A stretch of DNA of 61,665 nt, filler included, from Squatina squatina (lineage: Eukaryota): assembly GCA_031763465.1 (NCBI GenBank). It is 4 parts of 3 records of this genome, joined end to end, with 100 filler letters (N's around TTAATTAATTAA, not from the genome) between each part and the next. Parts side by side here need not be neighbours in the genome. Positions count along the whole stretch, not along the records: positions 12,905 to 28,187 come from JARFOE010000058.1; positions 28,288 to 45,586 come from JARFOE010000046.1; 2 more parts are not named here. The stretch is one strand, 5' to 3'. How positions within the stretch are numbered: position 1 is the stretch's first letter; each line of letters opens with the position of its first letter. Below are positions 26,490 to 39,850 of this stretch, piece by piece. Both the position numbers and the translations under genes were made by a program. Below the pieces are notes generated by a model. It saw only the letters and a program-made list of their open reading frames with translations. It had not been told where the DNA came from and did no database searches.

Positions 26490-27720
26490 CTATTGTAGTG
26501 GGGGGGAAAAACATTTACAATTGAATTCAGATAAAGGCAACATAAGGGAGCAGTTCATAAGCTAATACATGATCAGGCTTTAGTTCTAAGTTACCTTTGC
26601 ATATGTCACTATTTTTGTTTGAAAAAGGCTACAGAAAAAGTTTGCAATTTTATTCTACTCTTTCCTTTTCTATTCTCCATGCCTTACTTCACTGAAGGCA
26701 GAGATGCCTTGCTGGAGTACAGTCCAGTGGCCACCAGTCACAGCAGCAGCTCAGAGCAAGAACCACTTTACCCAAATGAGCATTCTGATGCATGAATTTA
26801 ATTTGTGAGTGCCAGCAAGATATTGGACAGCGGGGGTCACCACAGTCAAACTTGATCATGTCCTCACTTCACATACACACAAGCACACTTACAACAGGGA
26901 ACAATGGATAGTGGTTAGGAACAGAAATCCTGATAACTTCCTCTCTGCATAATCCAAGGGCATAGAGACCAACTATTGACGTCCCAGGTTATGCGCAGNN
27001 NNNNNNNNNNNNNNNNNNNNNNNNNNNNNNNNNNNNNNNNNNNNNNNNNNNNNNNNNNNNNNNNNNNNNNNNNNNNNNNNNNNNNNNNNNNNNNNNNNNN
27101 NNNNNNNNNNNNNNNNNNNNNNNNNNNNNNNNNNNNNNNNNNNNNNNNNNNNNNNNNNNNNNNNNNNNNNNNNNNNNNNNNNNNNNNNNNNNNNNNNNNN
27201 NNNNNNNNNNNNNNNNNNNNNNNNNNNNNNNNNNNNNNNNNTTTTGCAAATCTTCCCTGACTCCAACCCCAGTCTGCTCCTTTATAGGCAACCGGCAAGG
27301 TATTTAACTGAATAAGGGCCAGTCTCTTTACAGGCTTCTTTTTCATCTTGCCACCACCTTCAAAATGGAGGATAGAAGCCAGGAAGAAAAAGGGTGTTAA
27401 GTGAAAGGTTTAACATTAACATTAGATAGAGCAGTTAAGTTTAGATTTTAAAAGCAAACAAGGACAGAGATAAAATGAGAAAGAACAGTTGGACAAAGGC
27501 ACAATGGTAAATTTAAAGTGTTTTAAATTTCATATAAAGTAGTTTTACATGCTGGTTTTTCAAGCTTACGGCTAGAATATGATAAAGGTCTTCCTGACAG
27601 TGGAGCAGGCTGATTACTGTAATATTAGCATTTGTTCCAGCATGAGCTGAACAACCAGCAAGCCCCAGAGACTTATTTCCTTGGACCAGCCAATCTATGG
27701 GTTCAAGTAAGTAAATGTTA

Positions 27721-27921
<201 letters not shown>

Positions 27922-28187
27922 TTAAACAATGGTTTGCATCTTAAATACTCACTATAGGTCTGACAACCCCAGACCATCTACTAACATTAGTAAAATTGTT
28001 CAAATTAGGTCGAGGAAACAAGTAGTAATATTGTAAAATAAGCATTAAAAATTAAAACAAAGGTTCCAGTGAACTGGATGGTAGCATGGATGAGAAACAC
28101 TGGCTTTTCAACTCTAACTGAAATTGTTAGAGTTTTCTCTGTCTGTTGGCTGTAAGGACCCTATTATGAAATGAGTTTTGATTATTT

Positions 28188-28287
28188 NNNNNNNNNNNNN
28201 NNNNNNNNNNNNNNNNNNNNNNNNNNNNNNNTTAATTAATTAANNNNNNNNNNNNNNNNNNNNNNNNNNNNNNNNNNNNNNNNNNNN
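28188..28287. other. Artificial scaffold spacer N44-TTAATTAATTAA-N44
   Basis: Same structure as 12805-12904. Confidence 0.95.
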
Positions 28288-29364
28288 TGTACAGTCCAGG
28301 CTACTCTGAGACAGTGCATGGTGCCAACTCTCCCTGCTTGTAGGGAGATGCTTGGAAGCCTCTAGGAGTCTCCTCATGGATTCATGGCTGAGATGGTATC
28401 TCCGTTTGGAGATGATGAATGGTATGAATTCCAATTTCGTCACTCTGTGGTGCAGTACAGTACAACTCCAATCCACTGGATTACAGCACCACGCTCCCCC
28501 ACCTATGGCACATTTTGAATAGAAATTCAGCCCATGTCAGATTTATAAATACATATGTAATATTTTAGCATCCAGACCAGGTGGATTGCTTTGACACCCA
28601 ACTTGCTTTATGGTAGAACCTAGATGAAAGATGAAACGCCAGGGCAAGAATTATGCAAAGATGAAAAATATCGCAGAATGAGAGGAGGGAAAATGCTGTC
28701 AGTAAGCGTAAATGTTTCCACTTTCTCATTTATCATCAAATAAAACATGTCTCTTATAATCACAAAACTTAGATATTACATCCATTATATTTGGAAGGAT
28801 AACATATTCAATCAATCATATTAATTTGGTTTCATTTGCCTGTCTAGAGTTGACTAATTAGACAGTAAAGACTTTAGAAAGCTCCTTATCAGAGAGCACA
28901 AGTATTTCTTTCTAGAACTTGGAGTTAAAGGGATGCCCTACAAATAAACTGAGAAGCTGATTAAGCCATGAAACAGATGTGTTTTTATAATTCAAGCAAG
29001 CAAAGAATGATGATATTGCTGGGTTTAGTTGCCTATTGAACCAAATATGATAGAATCACTGAATATTATTAGTTTAATAAACAGGGGGGTCAAGCATTAA
29101 ACTTTCTAATCATGCCTTTGATATAACATTTGTTAATTGCCAAAATCAGGTTTGCAATGNNNNNNNNNNNNNNNNNNNNNNNNNNNNNNNNNNNNNNNNN
29201 NNNNNNNNNNNNNNNNNNNNNNNNNNNNNNNNNNNNNNNNNNNNNNNNNNNNNNNNNNNACCACACAGGACACAGGACACAGGACCACACAGCACACAGG
29301 AACACACAGGAGTTAGGGAAGGTAATTTACAGTGCCAGCAGTTTTTAAAGGGGAGAAAGCAAGC

Positions 29365-29592
29365 TGCAGAAGCAGAACAGCATAATTCAAAGATGCAGTT
29401 TTGGAGGTATTGCTAAAGAGGTTTTAAAAACAAGGATGGATTTCTTTGGAATGCAGAGACACCTTTCAGCCAAGAGTACCACTGGGGCAGCCGAGATGAA
29501 TATGGCTAAAAGAGTCAATGTTGTTGCACCTGTACACCAAATCTAGAAGTAGATGAAGAATGAACTTAATGGCCTCAAGAAGGTTGCCAAGC
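29365..29592 (+). pseudogene. Decayed Myb/SANT-like DNA-binding ORF of Harbinger type
   Basis: With a frameshift and stops reads RTA*FKDAVLEVLL/KEVLKTRMDFFG...AKRVNVVAPVHQI*K*MKNELNGLKKVAK, matching the NAIF1-like trihelix pattern. Confidence 0.45.
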
Positions 29593-31969
29593 TAAGTACT
29601 GCTTACATTGTACTTCATTTTACAATGTTGTTTAATGAGTACCTTAATAGCATTTCACTGTAAGCTTGGCGCAGTGTTACAAAGGGAAATGCATAGCAAT
29701 CTGCTAATTGTTCAACTACTTTCCAACAGCACAGGCACAGAATATTCAGCTTTGCTGCCATCATAATGCATTTGTCCATTAAATATGGCTAGCAACTAAC
29801 ACCAAGCATACTGCCCACTCGAGCTATATGCTCACACACTCATAGAAGGTGCTGCTGCTCTTGGGTGATGCATTCGCTTTCTCATATTCCGACATATGTT
29901 CCTTTTCTACTTGCTGACAGAAGGTGGTATGTAACCTGAAACCCTTGGCTCATTAGAACCAGCAGCAAACCACCACAAAAAGGTTAAACATTCAGTATGC
30001 TTGTAACTAATGCATCATTGCCCCTATTCACTTATCCATTTACTGTCTAGTGAATCTGTATGGCAGTTAATAATCGATTTCACTACATTATGAAATCGAA
30101 GATGATTATGCAAGGGCATGTGATATAATCAGTAAGCTGAAATACAGTATTAGGACTTTCAGTTAGATTCCTTCGCTCACTATAAATTCCCTAGGTGTTG
30201 GACTGGTGAAAACACATTCTAAGTCATAGGGAGCGAGGACTCCCTACAAAGAAAAATATTGAGTAAAAATCCCAAGACTTAACACAGATATCTTTGGCTC
30301 CTCCTCCTCCTTCTTCACAACCCAAAACTACAATGTGATACCTAGAGGTATACCCACATAGGCAGCTCCCAATGAAATCTTCCTGGGGAAAACAGGCAGA
30401 GCTAACTTTCAGAAACTGACAGTACCTTTGCTTCCACCGGGATAGCTAAACCACAAAGCAGCTGAACAAGTTAACAGGTAGATAGGGGGAGAAAAACATG
30501 AGCTCAATGGAAAGAGCCACAGCAGCTACTCACAGCATGTGGGAACAAAAACAGCCCTATTTAAAATAAAGTACCCAACAGATGGGCTTTCTATGCAAAG
30601 CCTGTTTTATATGGGCACTTAAGAACCTAGTCCACAACCAGTGCGAAGACCTGTCAGTGTCACAGATGCTTCAGGCCATATTATTGCACACCCTGCACAC
30701 TGGGCCCTGAGCCCGAAAATGCAGGGCAGCAGTGCACAATAGCAATAGCACTACAGATAGTGAACATCTCATTATTAGCTCCATTGATTACAGCAGGCCA
30801 TGCCATTTCAGAATACAAGTGTCAATACAAGCCAAGTAAGTGCTTGTTAGCACTCATATTTATGAAGCATATCTTTAACCTATTAAGGTGATCAGAAGGN
30901 NNNNNNNNNNNNNNNNNNNNNNNNNNNNNNNNNNNNNNNNNNNNNNNNNNNNNNNNNNNNNNNNNNNNNNNNNNNNNNNNNNNNNNNNNNNNNNNNNNNC
31001 CAGCCTGATCAATCGTGGGCAGGTGCCCGCGAAACAAACTGGAACAAGAAAAGATACGTTTTTTTTTTACTTACCTCGGCCACCTCACCTTTAATCATCG
31101 CTCCCGAAGTGACCGGCCACCCAATGCACACCACCTGCAGCTGTCGGTGTTTTTGCCCAGCGATGCTGCAGAGGGCGGAAGTCAGTTTCATGTCCGGGGT
31201 GCTACTGGGGCGATGCGCATGCGTAGGAGATAAAAGCACAATGCCGTAGCACTGCCGCAAAACTCCTGCAAAATATGGCAGGAGTCGATATCAGCACTGC
31301 GTTCAGTCGTAAAGTCATTTGCGCCCTGTTAGCACCCCCCCAGGGACGCTAACAGGAGGCACAAAGGCACCCAATTTCGGCCCCCAGTTAATATTGTAGG
31401 CACCGGGAGCTGGCTCACAAATGCCGGTATCTCAGAGTACAATCTAAATGTGCAAAGTACAAAGGTGGTTTAAGATTCTGATTGTTGAGTACCTTAAACT
31501 CATGGTGACAGTCAATGAGCAGCAGTACTATTATTTCATTCATAATTCAATCAGATGAGGGGTTATACTGAGTGCATGACCGGACAATGCACAACTCTCT
31601 GGCTGGAAATGAGACCAGGCACAAATCTAAAATTATGAAGCTTAAATAAAAGTAGAGAAACACCAGGCAGACATGCAGTTCACTAAGTGCGGTGCCATTA
31701 GCTCCATTACTGCTCAGCAGCAGCTGGGTTCCAATCCATGCAGAAGGAAATGGCCTGTAATCGCTCTAGTGAGCTGAAAGGCTGTCATCAGTACTTCACA
31801 AACAGCTAACTTAGCTTTGTAAATAATAGAGGATTGTATGTGCATACGCATGAGTGCACATCTTTCCCCTTTTGTAGCTAATCATTAAAGATGTAATATT
31901 CATCTTTTTAAAACACTGCACACAAGTTTGGATTCTTTGCCTGTATGTGTTTTTTAACTTTCAAAACAC

Positions 31970-32110
31970 GGAGCTGAATTTCCCCAGGGGTTCTCCTGCT
32001 TGGCTCCGTAACTTCAATGAAAAAGCCACGGTTTCCCCTGGGGTTTCTACATCTCTTCCACTGAAGTTACAGCGGACAAATGGGAGAAGCCCTGCAAAAA
32101 TTAATCTCCC
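31970..32110. mobile_element. ~140-bp palindromic MITE
   Basis: Left arm ggagctgaattt..aggggttctcc..gtaacttcaatg is an imperfect inverted repeat of right arm cactgaagttac..ggagaagccctg..aaattaatctcc. Confidence 0.65.
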
Positions 32111-33439
32111 CATACCTATCTCTCCTCAACTTATCCTATGAGTTTTCTCCCCTCACCGCTCCTGTTCTGAAGACAGGGTCTCATCTTCATGATAAGTTAC
32201 ACTTACACATTCATGGCTGAGTTTCTCATAGCTCACCTGAATGGCATTCGCACACTGCTTGACTATGAGGGTCACCACAGCCCGGCTACAATCTCACCTT
32301 TATTCACATCTACATGTGCGTATTTACCAGCAGTGATAGTGATCAGAAGCAAAGCTTGCCCGATTCTTCTTACCCCAGCCCTGGGCAGTGAGGCCAATTG
32401 TAACGCCGTTACAATACTGCCATTCCTTCATCGTCACTGGGTCAAATTCCTGGAACTCCCTACCTAACAGCACTGTGGGAGTATCTTCACCACACAGACT
32501 GCAGCAGTTCAAGAAGGCACCTCTCCACCACCTTTTCAAGGGCAATTATGGATGGGCAATAAATGATGGCTTTGCCAGCGACGCCAACAAAAATTTTTTT
32601 TTAAAAACTTTAATTTTTGGCTAACATTAGCTAATTCAGTACAGACCTGAGATNNNNNNNNNNNNNNNNNNNNNNNNNNNNNNNNNNNNNNNNNNNNNNN
32701 NNNNNNNNNNNNNNNNNNNNNNNNNNNNNNNNNNNNNNNNNNNNNNNNNNNNNAGCTTTTATGCATTTTCTAGGTTGGCATGTATGAGGAACCCAACACA
32801 AAGAGCACATTCACTACATCATAACACTTTGTTGCTGGTTTGTTTACTACAAGTCACAATCACACAGACTCAGCTTCTAACATCTAAACGGGCTGGGTTA
32901 AGCAGGTCTAACTATATGTTATAATAGCACACAGCTACTTTCACTTCATGGCAGACTGTGTTTTCATTTTGAAACCACATTTACTTTAATTTTTATTCAT
33001 AAATCTTCATTTGAATTCAACAAAAAATGCCAAGCAGAGCCTCTGGACTGTTCCGACTGAAATCCTCCTCATTTTACATCAAGAATCAGAAAAAACTGTA
33101 TTGTAAGAGGCTCAGCCCCACAACAAATTACTCCATCCATGAACCAATCTAATGGGGCAAATAATGTCACCATTTACAGCTAGAAGTTCAAGTGCAAGGC
33201 TTCTCATTTGTACTCACAGTGTAAATAATGCTTTGCAACTGCTCCAATGTAAATTGGAACTCCAATAAAGTTTTAAGGTTAAGTACAGATGCTAGAATAC
33301 ATCAAAGTGTCCTTGAAGCTGTTCAAAAAGAGACATCCTGAGGGGATTGAAAGATTTATCGCAATGTGCAGTTATTAACTCTGCACCACACCACCAGGGC
33401 AGATCTGAGGATCTAAGTAATGTTTTTCTGTGGGACTGG

Positions 33440-35453
33440 GGTAATCCACTCCTTCACATTTACTGTGATCCACTCCCTTCACCTTTACTGTGATCCACTC
33501 CCTACCCCCTCTACTGTGTTCCACTCCCTTCCCCATTCACTCTGTTCCACTCCCTTCCCCTCTACTGTGTTCCACTCCCTTCCCCTCTACAGTGTTCCAT
33601 TCCCTTCCCCTCTACAGTGTTCCATTCCCTTCCCCTCTACAGTGTTCCACTCCCTTCCCCTCTACTGTGTTTCACTCCCTTCCCCTCTACTGTGTTCCAC
33701 TCCCTTCCCCATTCACTGTCTTCCACTCCCTTCCCCTCTACTCTATTCCACTCCCTTCCCCTCTACTGTGTTCCACTCCCTTCCCTCTTCACTGTGTTCC
33801 ACTCCCTTCCCCTCCACTGTGTTCCACTCCCTTCCCCTCTATTGTGTTCCACTCCCTTCCGCCTTCACTGCGTTCCACTTCACTCCCCTCTACTGCGTTC
33901 CACTCCCTTCCCCTCTACTGTGTTCCATGCCTTCCTCCTCTACTGTGTTCCACTCCCTTCCCCTTTACTGTGTTCCACTCCCTTCCCCTCGAATGTGTTC
34001 CATTCCCTTCCCCATTAACTGTGTTGCACTCCCTTCTCCATTACTGTGTTCCTCTCCATTCCCCTCTAATGTGTTACAACTCCTTTCCCTTTACTCAGTT
34101 CCACATCCTTCCCCCTTTAATGTGTTCCTCTCCCTTCCCCTCTACTGTGATCCACTGCCTTCCCCCTCTACTGTGTTCCGCTCCCTTCCCCTCTACTGTG
34201 ATCCACTGCCTTCCCCCTCTACTGTGTTCCACTCCATTCCCCCTCTACTGTGTTCCTCTCCCTTTCCCCTGTACTGTGTTCCACTCCCTTCCCCCTCTAC
34301 TGTGTTCCACTCCCTACCCCTTTACTGTGTTCCAATCCCTTCCCCTTTACTGTGATCCCTTCCCTTCCCTTTACTGTGATCTACTCCCTTCCCCTCTACT
34401 GTGTTCCACTCCCTTCCCCTTTACTGTGTTCCACTCCCTTCCCCTTCACTGTGATCCACTCTCTTTCAGCTCTACTGTGTTCCACTCCCTTCCCCTCTAC
34501 GGTGTTCCACTCCCTTCCCCTCTACTGTGTTGCACTCCCTTCCCCTCTACTGTGTTCCAGTCCCTGCCCCTCTACTCTGTTCCACTTCCTTCCCCGTTCA
34601 CTGCATTCCACACCCTTCCCCTCTACTGTGTTCCACTCCCTTCCCCTCTACTGTGTCCCACTCCATTCACCCTTCACTGTGTTCCTCTCCCTTCCCCTAT
34701 ACTGTGTTCCACTCCCTTCCCCTCTACTGTGTTCCATGCCTTCCTCCTCTACTGTGTTCCACTCCCTTCCCCTTTACTGTGTNNNNNNNNNNNNNNNNNN
34801 NNNNNNNNNNNNNNNNNNNNNNNNNNNNNNNNNNNNNNNNNNNNNNNNNNNNNNNNNNNNNNNNNNNNNNNNNNNNNNNNNNTCCACTCCCTTCCCCTCG
34901 AATGTGTTCCATTCCCTTCCCCATTAACTGTGTTCCACTCCCTTCTCCATTACTGTGTTCCTCTCCCTTCCCCTCTAATGTGTTACCACTCCTTTCCCTT
35001 TACCCAGTTCCACACCCTTCCCCCTTTAATGTGTTCTGCTCCCTTCCCCTCTACTGTGTTCCACTCCCTTCCCCTTTACTGTGTCCCACTCCCTTCCCCC
35101 TCTACTTTGTTCCACTCCATTCCCCTCTACTCTGTTCCACACCCTTCCCCCTCTACTGTGTTCCTCTCCATTCCCGCTCTACTGTGTTCCACTCTCTTCC
35201 ACTTTACTGTGTTCCACTCCCTTGCTCTTTACTGTGATCCACTCTCTTTGAGCTCTACTGTGTTCCACTCCCTTCCCCCTCAACTGTGTTCCACTCCCTT
35301 CCCCTTTACTGTGATCCACTCTCTTTCAGCTCTACTGTGATCCACTCCCTTCCCCTCTACTGTGTTCCACTCCCTGCCCCTCTACTGTGTTCCACTCCCT
35401 TCCCCTCTACTGTGTTCCACTCCCTTCCCCCTTCACTGTGTTCCACTCCCTTC
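33440..35453. repeat. Pyrimidine-rich minisatellite, 25-bp unit TCTACTGTGTTCCACTCCCTTCCCC (some 26-bp variants)
   Basis: Directly visible tandem array of roughly 75 units, interrupted by a gap at 34783-34882 and truncated by a gap starting at 35454. Confidence 0.97.
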
Positions 35454-35794
35454 NNNNNNNNNNNNNNNNNNNNNNNNNNNNNNNNNNNNNNNNNNNNNNN
35501 NNNNNNNNNNNNNNNNNNNNNNNNNNNNNNNNNNNNNNNNNNNNNNNNNNNNNTTCCCTGATTTGATTCTGTTTGGTGCACAGATATTCTGGCACGGGCT
35601 TGACGGGCTTCTTCCGTGCTGTAACCATTCTATGATTCTATTCTATGATCTCAATTGGGGCATCTGTAAGGGTTAAGAAAAGGAGTTCATCCAGTGAATA
35701 ACTGAACGATTCAGTCCTGAAAGTTCCATTTTTTTATGCTGTATTACCTGGTCTCAACTGAGACGGCAGCTGCAAGGGTGCTACAATTTTTTAA

Positions 35795-36070
35795 AGTTCA
35801 TTTACAGGATGTAGGCATTGCTGACAACGCCAGCATGTATTGCCCATCCATAATTGCCCCTGAGAAGGCAGTGGTGAGCCGCATTCTTGAACTGCTGCAG
35901 TCCATGTGGTGAAGGTACTCCCACAGTGCTGTTCGGGATGGAGTTGCTGAATTTTGACCCAGCAACGATGAAAAAAACAGCGATATATTTCCAAGTCAGG
36001 ATGGTGTGTGACTTGGAGGGGAACTTGGAGATGGTGGTGTTCCCATGCTCCTGCTGCTCTTGTCCTTCTA
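35795..36070 (-). mobile_element. 3' end of another non-LTR retrotransposon family (other pieces at 32418-32585 + and 39943-40135 +)
   Basis: Reverse complement matches 32418-32585; both translate as NS[LI]PNSTVGVxSPHxLQQFKxAxxHxL. Confidence 0.75.
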
Positions 36071-37737
36071 GGAGGTCGTGGGTTTGGAAGATTGGTCTCA
36101 GCACCCTTGATTTTGGAAAGGGAAAGTCACCCAAGTTCCGGCTGCTGGTTGCTGTCTAGTAATTCTGTTGGAAGTGCACATTTATGGATGTCAGGTGTGA
36201 GCACAGAATAAGGCTTGTCTGTTTTGTCTGTGTCCCCTCTTTTGCGTCCATGTTTAAACAGCCTGCCCACATTCCCTGCGAATGCAACAGTATTTCGATT
36301 AATGCATTGAAAGTAGTTGTGTTTGCAGTGGTGCACCACAGATACAACACTGAATCAGACTCAATATATTTTATAATGGAGATATTTTTCACAATGACAA
36401 TCCACATTTATTATCTCCTGATGCTTGCATATGCAGTATGCAAACACATTAGCCAGGAAGATGAGAGTCTAGACAAGAAGTAATGGAAAAGTCTGTGATT
36501 AGATTACTCATATTAAATATAATCTGCCACAGTTGAATTCCCTCACTAGCACAGTAATTTGGTTTGTAAAGGAAGCACAAATTACATGCTTTATGTTTTT
36601 ATTATACTTAATATGGATTTTAATGCTGAATTTCTGCAGGTGCCAACAGCCGTCTGATTCAAATACTCCATCTCCAGGATGACCACAAAAGATATTGCCT
36701 GATGTNNNNNNNNNNNNNNNNNNNNNNNNNNNNNNNNNNNNNNNNNNNNNNNNNNNNNNNNNNNNNNNNNNNNNNNNNNNNNNNNNNNNNNNNNNNNNNN
36801 NNNNNGAAATAATTTTCCTCAACCCGTCTTACGCTCCCCAGAGCTTATAGCAGTCTGTTATCTTGTTCCACTGGACTGATCACCACCACAGATAAATGGA
36901 GTCGACAAGCTGTTTCTATGTATTGCCTTCCATTATTCTTATGGGTCTCATTTCATAAAATCATGTGCCCATCACTACAATTTCTTGGCATCAACCATAG
37001 TCAGCTTTTCTTAATCAAGTTTCATCCGGGGAAGGTTGTAGCAGAACTACAATCCAAAAAAACCCTTATGTTCAAGGTTAGAGGACAATTTCAAATTTTA
37101 GCTTTCCATTTCACAGTGATCCTTGGAGTTAAGGTTGGGTCACTTTATATACATCAGTTGGACAGTTTATCCAATCTGAACTGCCATTTTGGAAAGGTTA
37201 TGTCTAATATGTCAAATTTTCATTTGATAAAACTCCTGTGAGATGTTTTACTAAATTAAAAGCACTATGTAAATGCAAGTTGTTGCTGTATATTGGATTG
37301 CAGTAATTGATTTCATTAGGATAGCTTTTGAGAGATTTTAAGCCACGTGAACAAGGAGTAACAAACAAAGTGTCAAACTCATTGGATTGCAATGGATTAC
37401 ACACCTAAAAGTTAATGTCTCCCAGGCATCATCTGTGTTAGAGCAATTACTCAACTAAACATGTCTCAGAAAATCACAAAACAAGTCCAAAAGGTAATAA
37501 GGACATAAAAAAGCAATACCAGAACTAATTCCATACCATTTATAAATAAGTGNNNNNNNNNNNNNNNNNNNNNNNNNNNNNNNNNNNNNNNNNNNNNNNN
37601 NNNNNNNNNNNNNNNNNNNNNNNNNNNNNNNNNNNNNNNNNNNNNNNNNNNNATAGTTTAAAGGGGAATTACTATAACTGCTCTGTATCATTGATTTTGT
37701 CTTATCTGTGGCAGAACATAATAAAACATCTTTTGGT

Positions 37738-37952
37738 TCACCCTGAGACAGGTGTTGTTTGCATTGACTCAAGAGGTTTTCTCCGACAAATACGTAAACA
37801 TAAGGCCAGGTCCCTCGGACCCATTAGATCTGTGGAGTGGAGTTGCATTAGGCGCAGCAATCGACCTACATTTTCAATCAACACATTCACCACAATTTGA
37901 AGAAGCATGTCTTCAATGATTGCCATAATATCTTGAACAACACTGGAGGCAG
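37738..37952 (-). CDS. Possible coding exon, unidentified
   Basis: ttgcatttgctcag acceptor; single open frame ASSVVQDIMAIIEDMLLQIVVNVLIENVGRLLRLMQLHSTDLMGPRDLALCLRICRRK...; could instead end early at an internal gtaggt donor. Confidence 0.25.
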
Positions 37953-39734
37953 CTGAGCAAATGCAACAAGATTGCTTTTTCTAGTTCCAAGATCTCTTAT
38001 ATTCATCACTCGTATGCCAATGAGCACCTACCTTAATTTGGCAGAAGGATATGGGAGTAGGTCACAAAAAGTGAGAATTTCAAGCACATGCTGATGATTA
38101 ACACAGACAAAATAAAAGGCCTTCAATGCCATCTTGCAACAAAATCAGTCAATAAAGAGTAGTTATTATAAGACTGCCAGGAATGCTAATGGTTGAATGG
38201 CAGCAAAGAGTAATGCCCTTGTTAAAGTCATTCATGATACAATTCAGTAAATAAACACATTTTATATTGATGAACTCTCCATAAATTGTACCCATCCAAA
38301 TTGTTACTGACTGAATCTGAACTGGCAGATTCAAAGTGCCAACTAGAAACCCAATTCTTTAAATCTATAAAAATTGGAGAAGTTAAAAAATAATGAGCAT
38401 GAAACAATTAAGCATTCCTGTTAGAGAAATACATCAAGGGGGCCCAACAGGTTTGTGTGGCGCTGGCAGCGGTAAGGCTCAGGGGCACGTTTTTTTTGCG
38501 GCGGCCCAGAGCAACGGTTGCCGGCACTGAATTGGTGTCTTAGACGGGAAACTGGGTCGGCACGAATACGTGGCGCTGAGGCGGCGCTGTGTTGGGAGCA
38601 TCAGCAGTGTGGCGCTGATAACATCAGCCGCGGCCCCACACCCTGCGTCAAAGGGGAGGGCCGCCGGCCAACGCCACAGAGCCTGTNNNNNNNNNNNNNN
38701 NNNNNNNNNNNNNNNNNNNNNNNNNNNNNNNNNNNNNNNNNNNNNNNNNNNNNNNNNNNNNNNNNNNNNNNNNNNNNNNNNNNNNNGTGTCTGTGTGTGG
38801 GAGAAGAGCAGCTTTAAGCAATTAAGTTGGCTGTTTGGTAGTTGGAAGCAGTTAAGACAACTGAGGTATTTGCATGCTGAAGCTGAGCACGAATAGCTCT
38901 GGTAAGTGTGGGCCCTTTAAAGTTAAAGTTTGCACGTGTTTGAACGCTCAAATTGTAAATGGCTAATTGGGGGCTTCACTGAAAATTTTCAAAGAGTCCC
39001 ATTTCCAGCACTAAATTTGGTGCATAGCACTACGAATTGCCCGCCCTGCTATTTTATGTCTCAGGACCATCCTTGTCATTCTTCTCCAAATTCCCTCTAA
39101 TGTATTAATGACCTTTTAGAAAGCAGAAGGTCCAAAAGTTCACTCGCTATTCCCAATATGTAAATTATGGGAGATATTTTCTTTAAACATCCAAACAACC
39201 TTTTTAGTAAAATGCAGATTCTATATTGAATTGACCGTAGATGTAGTAAACCTTTAATTGTGAGTTTACAGCTATTTTGCTTGATCTGACTGGAATTAAA
39301 GTACATTGCTAAGATGTACCCTTCACCCTTCAGTTTGACCCCATCAAATTTCCATGGTCTCAACACAAAATAGTTTTGAAGAATTTGTATGTCATTTCAT
39401 GTCATTTTGCTCATGACTACAATCCTCTTTTAATAGTATACAGCTGTAAGAAGCCCAAATAATGTTCATTATTCTGGTAAGTTTGCTACAGAATGCATTT
39501 TCGCTTGGCTTTTATTCACACTTTCAAATAATTCTGCACTTGAGATCTTCCATTGAATCACTCTTTAAATCCCTTTTAAGCGGCTTATTGACAGATATGG
39601 TTTATTCTATTTTTAATCTATTACTGCATAGCCAAAATCTAAATCAATAATACTCCCTGTTATTTCAATGTGTAACCTGCAGCTTTTCCCCAAATGGCTA
39701 CAAGAGTCTTTTTCGATCCTTTCTGCCTCAAATC

Positions 39735-39850
39735 AATTTTTTCCATCAGAGGAAACAGTTGGATAAAATAATAAAAGAAAATCATCCTTTTGTTGGAATT
39801 TTTTCCATCAGAGGAAACAGTTGGATAAAATAATAAAAGAAAATCATCCT
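39735..39850. repeat. Perfect 54-bp direct duplication with an 8-bp spacer
   Basis: aattttttccatcagaggaaacagttggataaaataataaaagaaaatcatcct at 39735-39788 and 39797-39850. Confidence 0.9.

Noticed and set aside
33420-35676. Long Pro/Ser/Cys-rich ORFs (up to 616 aa) and a CRISPR-like appearance
   Set aside because: The 25-bp unit lacks + strand stops, so all frames stay open; there are no unique spacers or cas genes, and the context is eukaryotic
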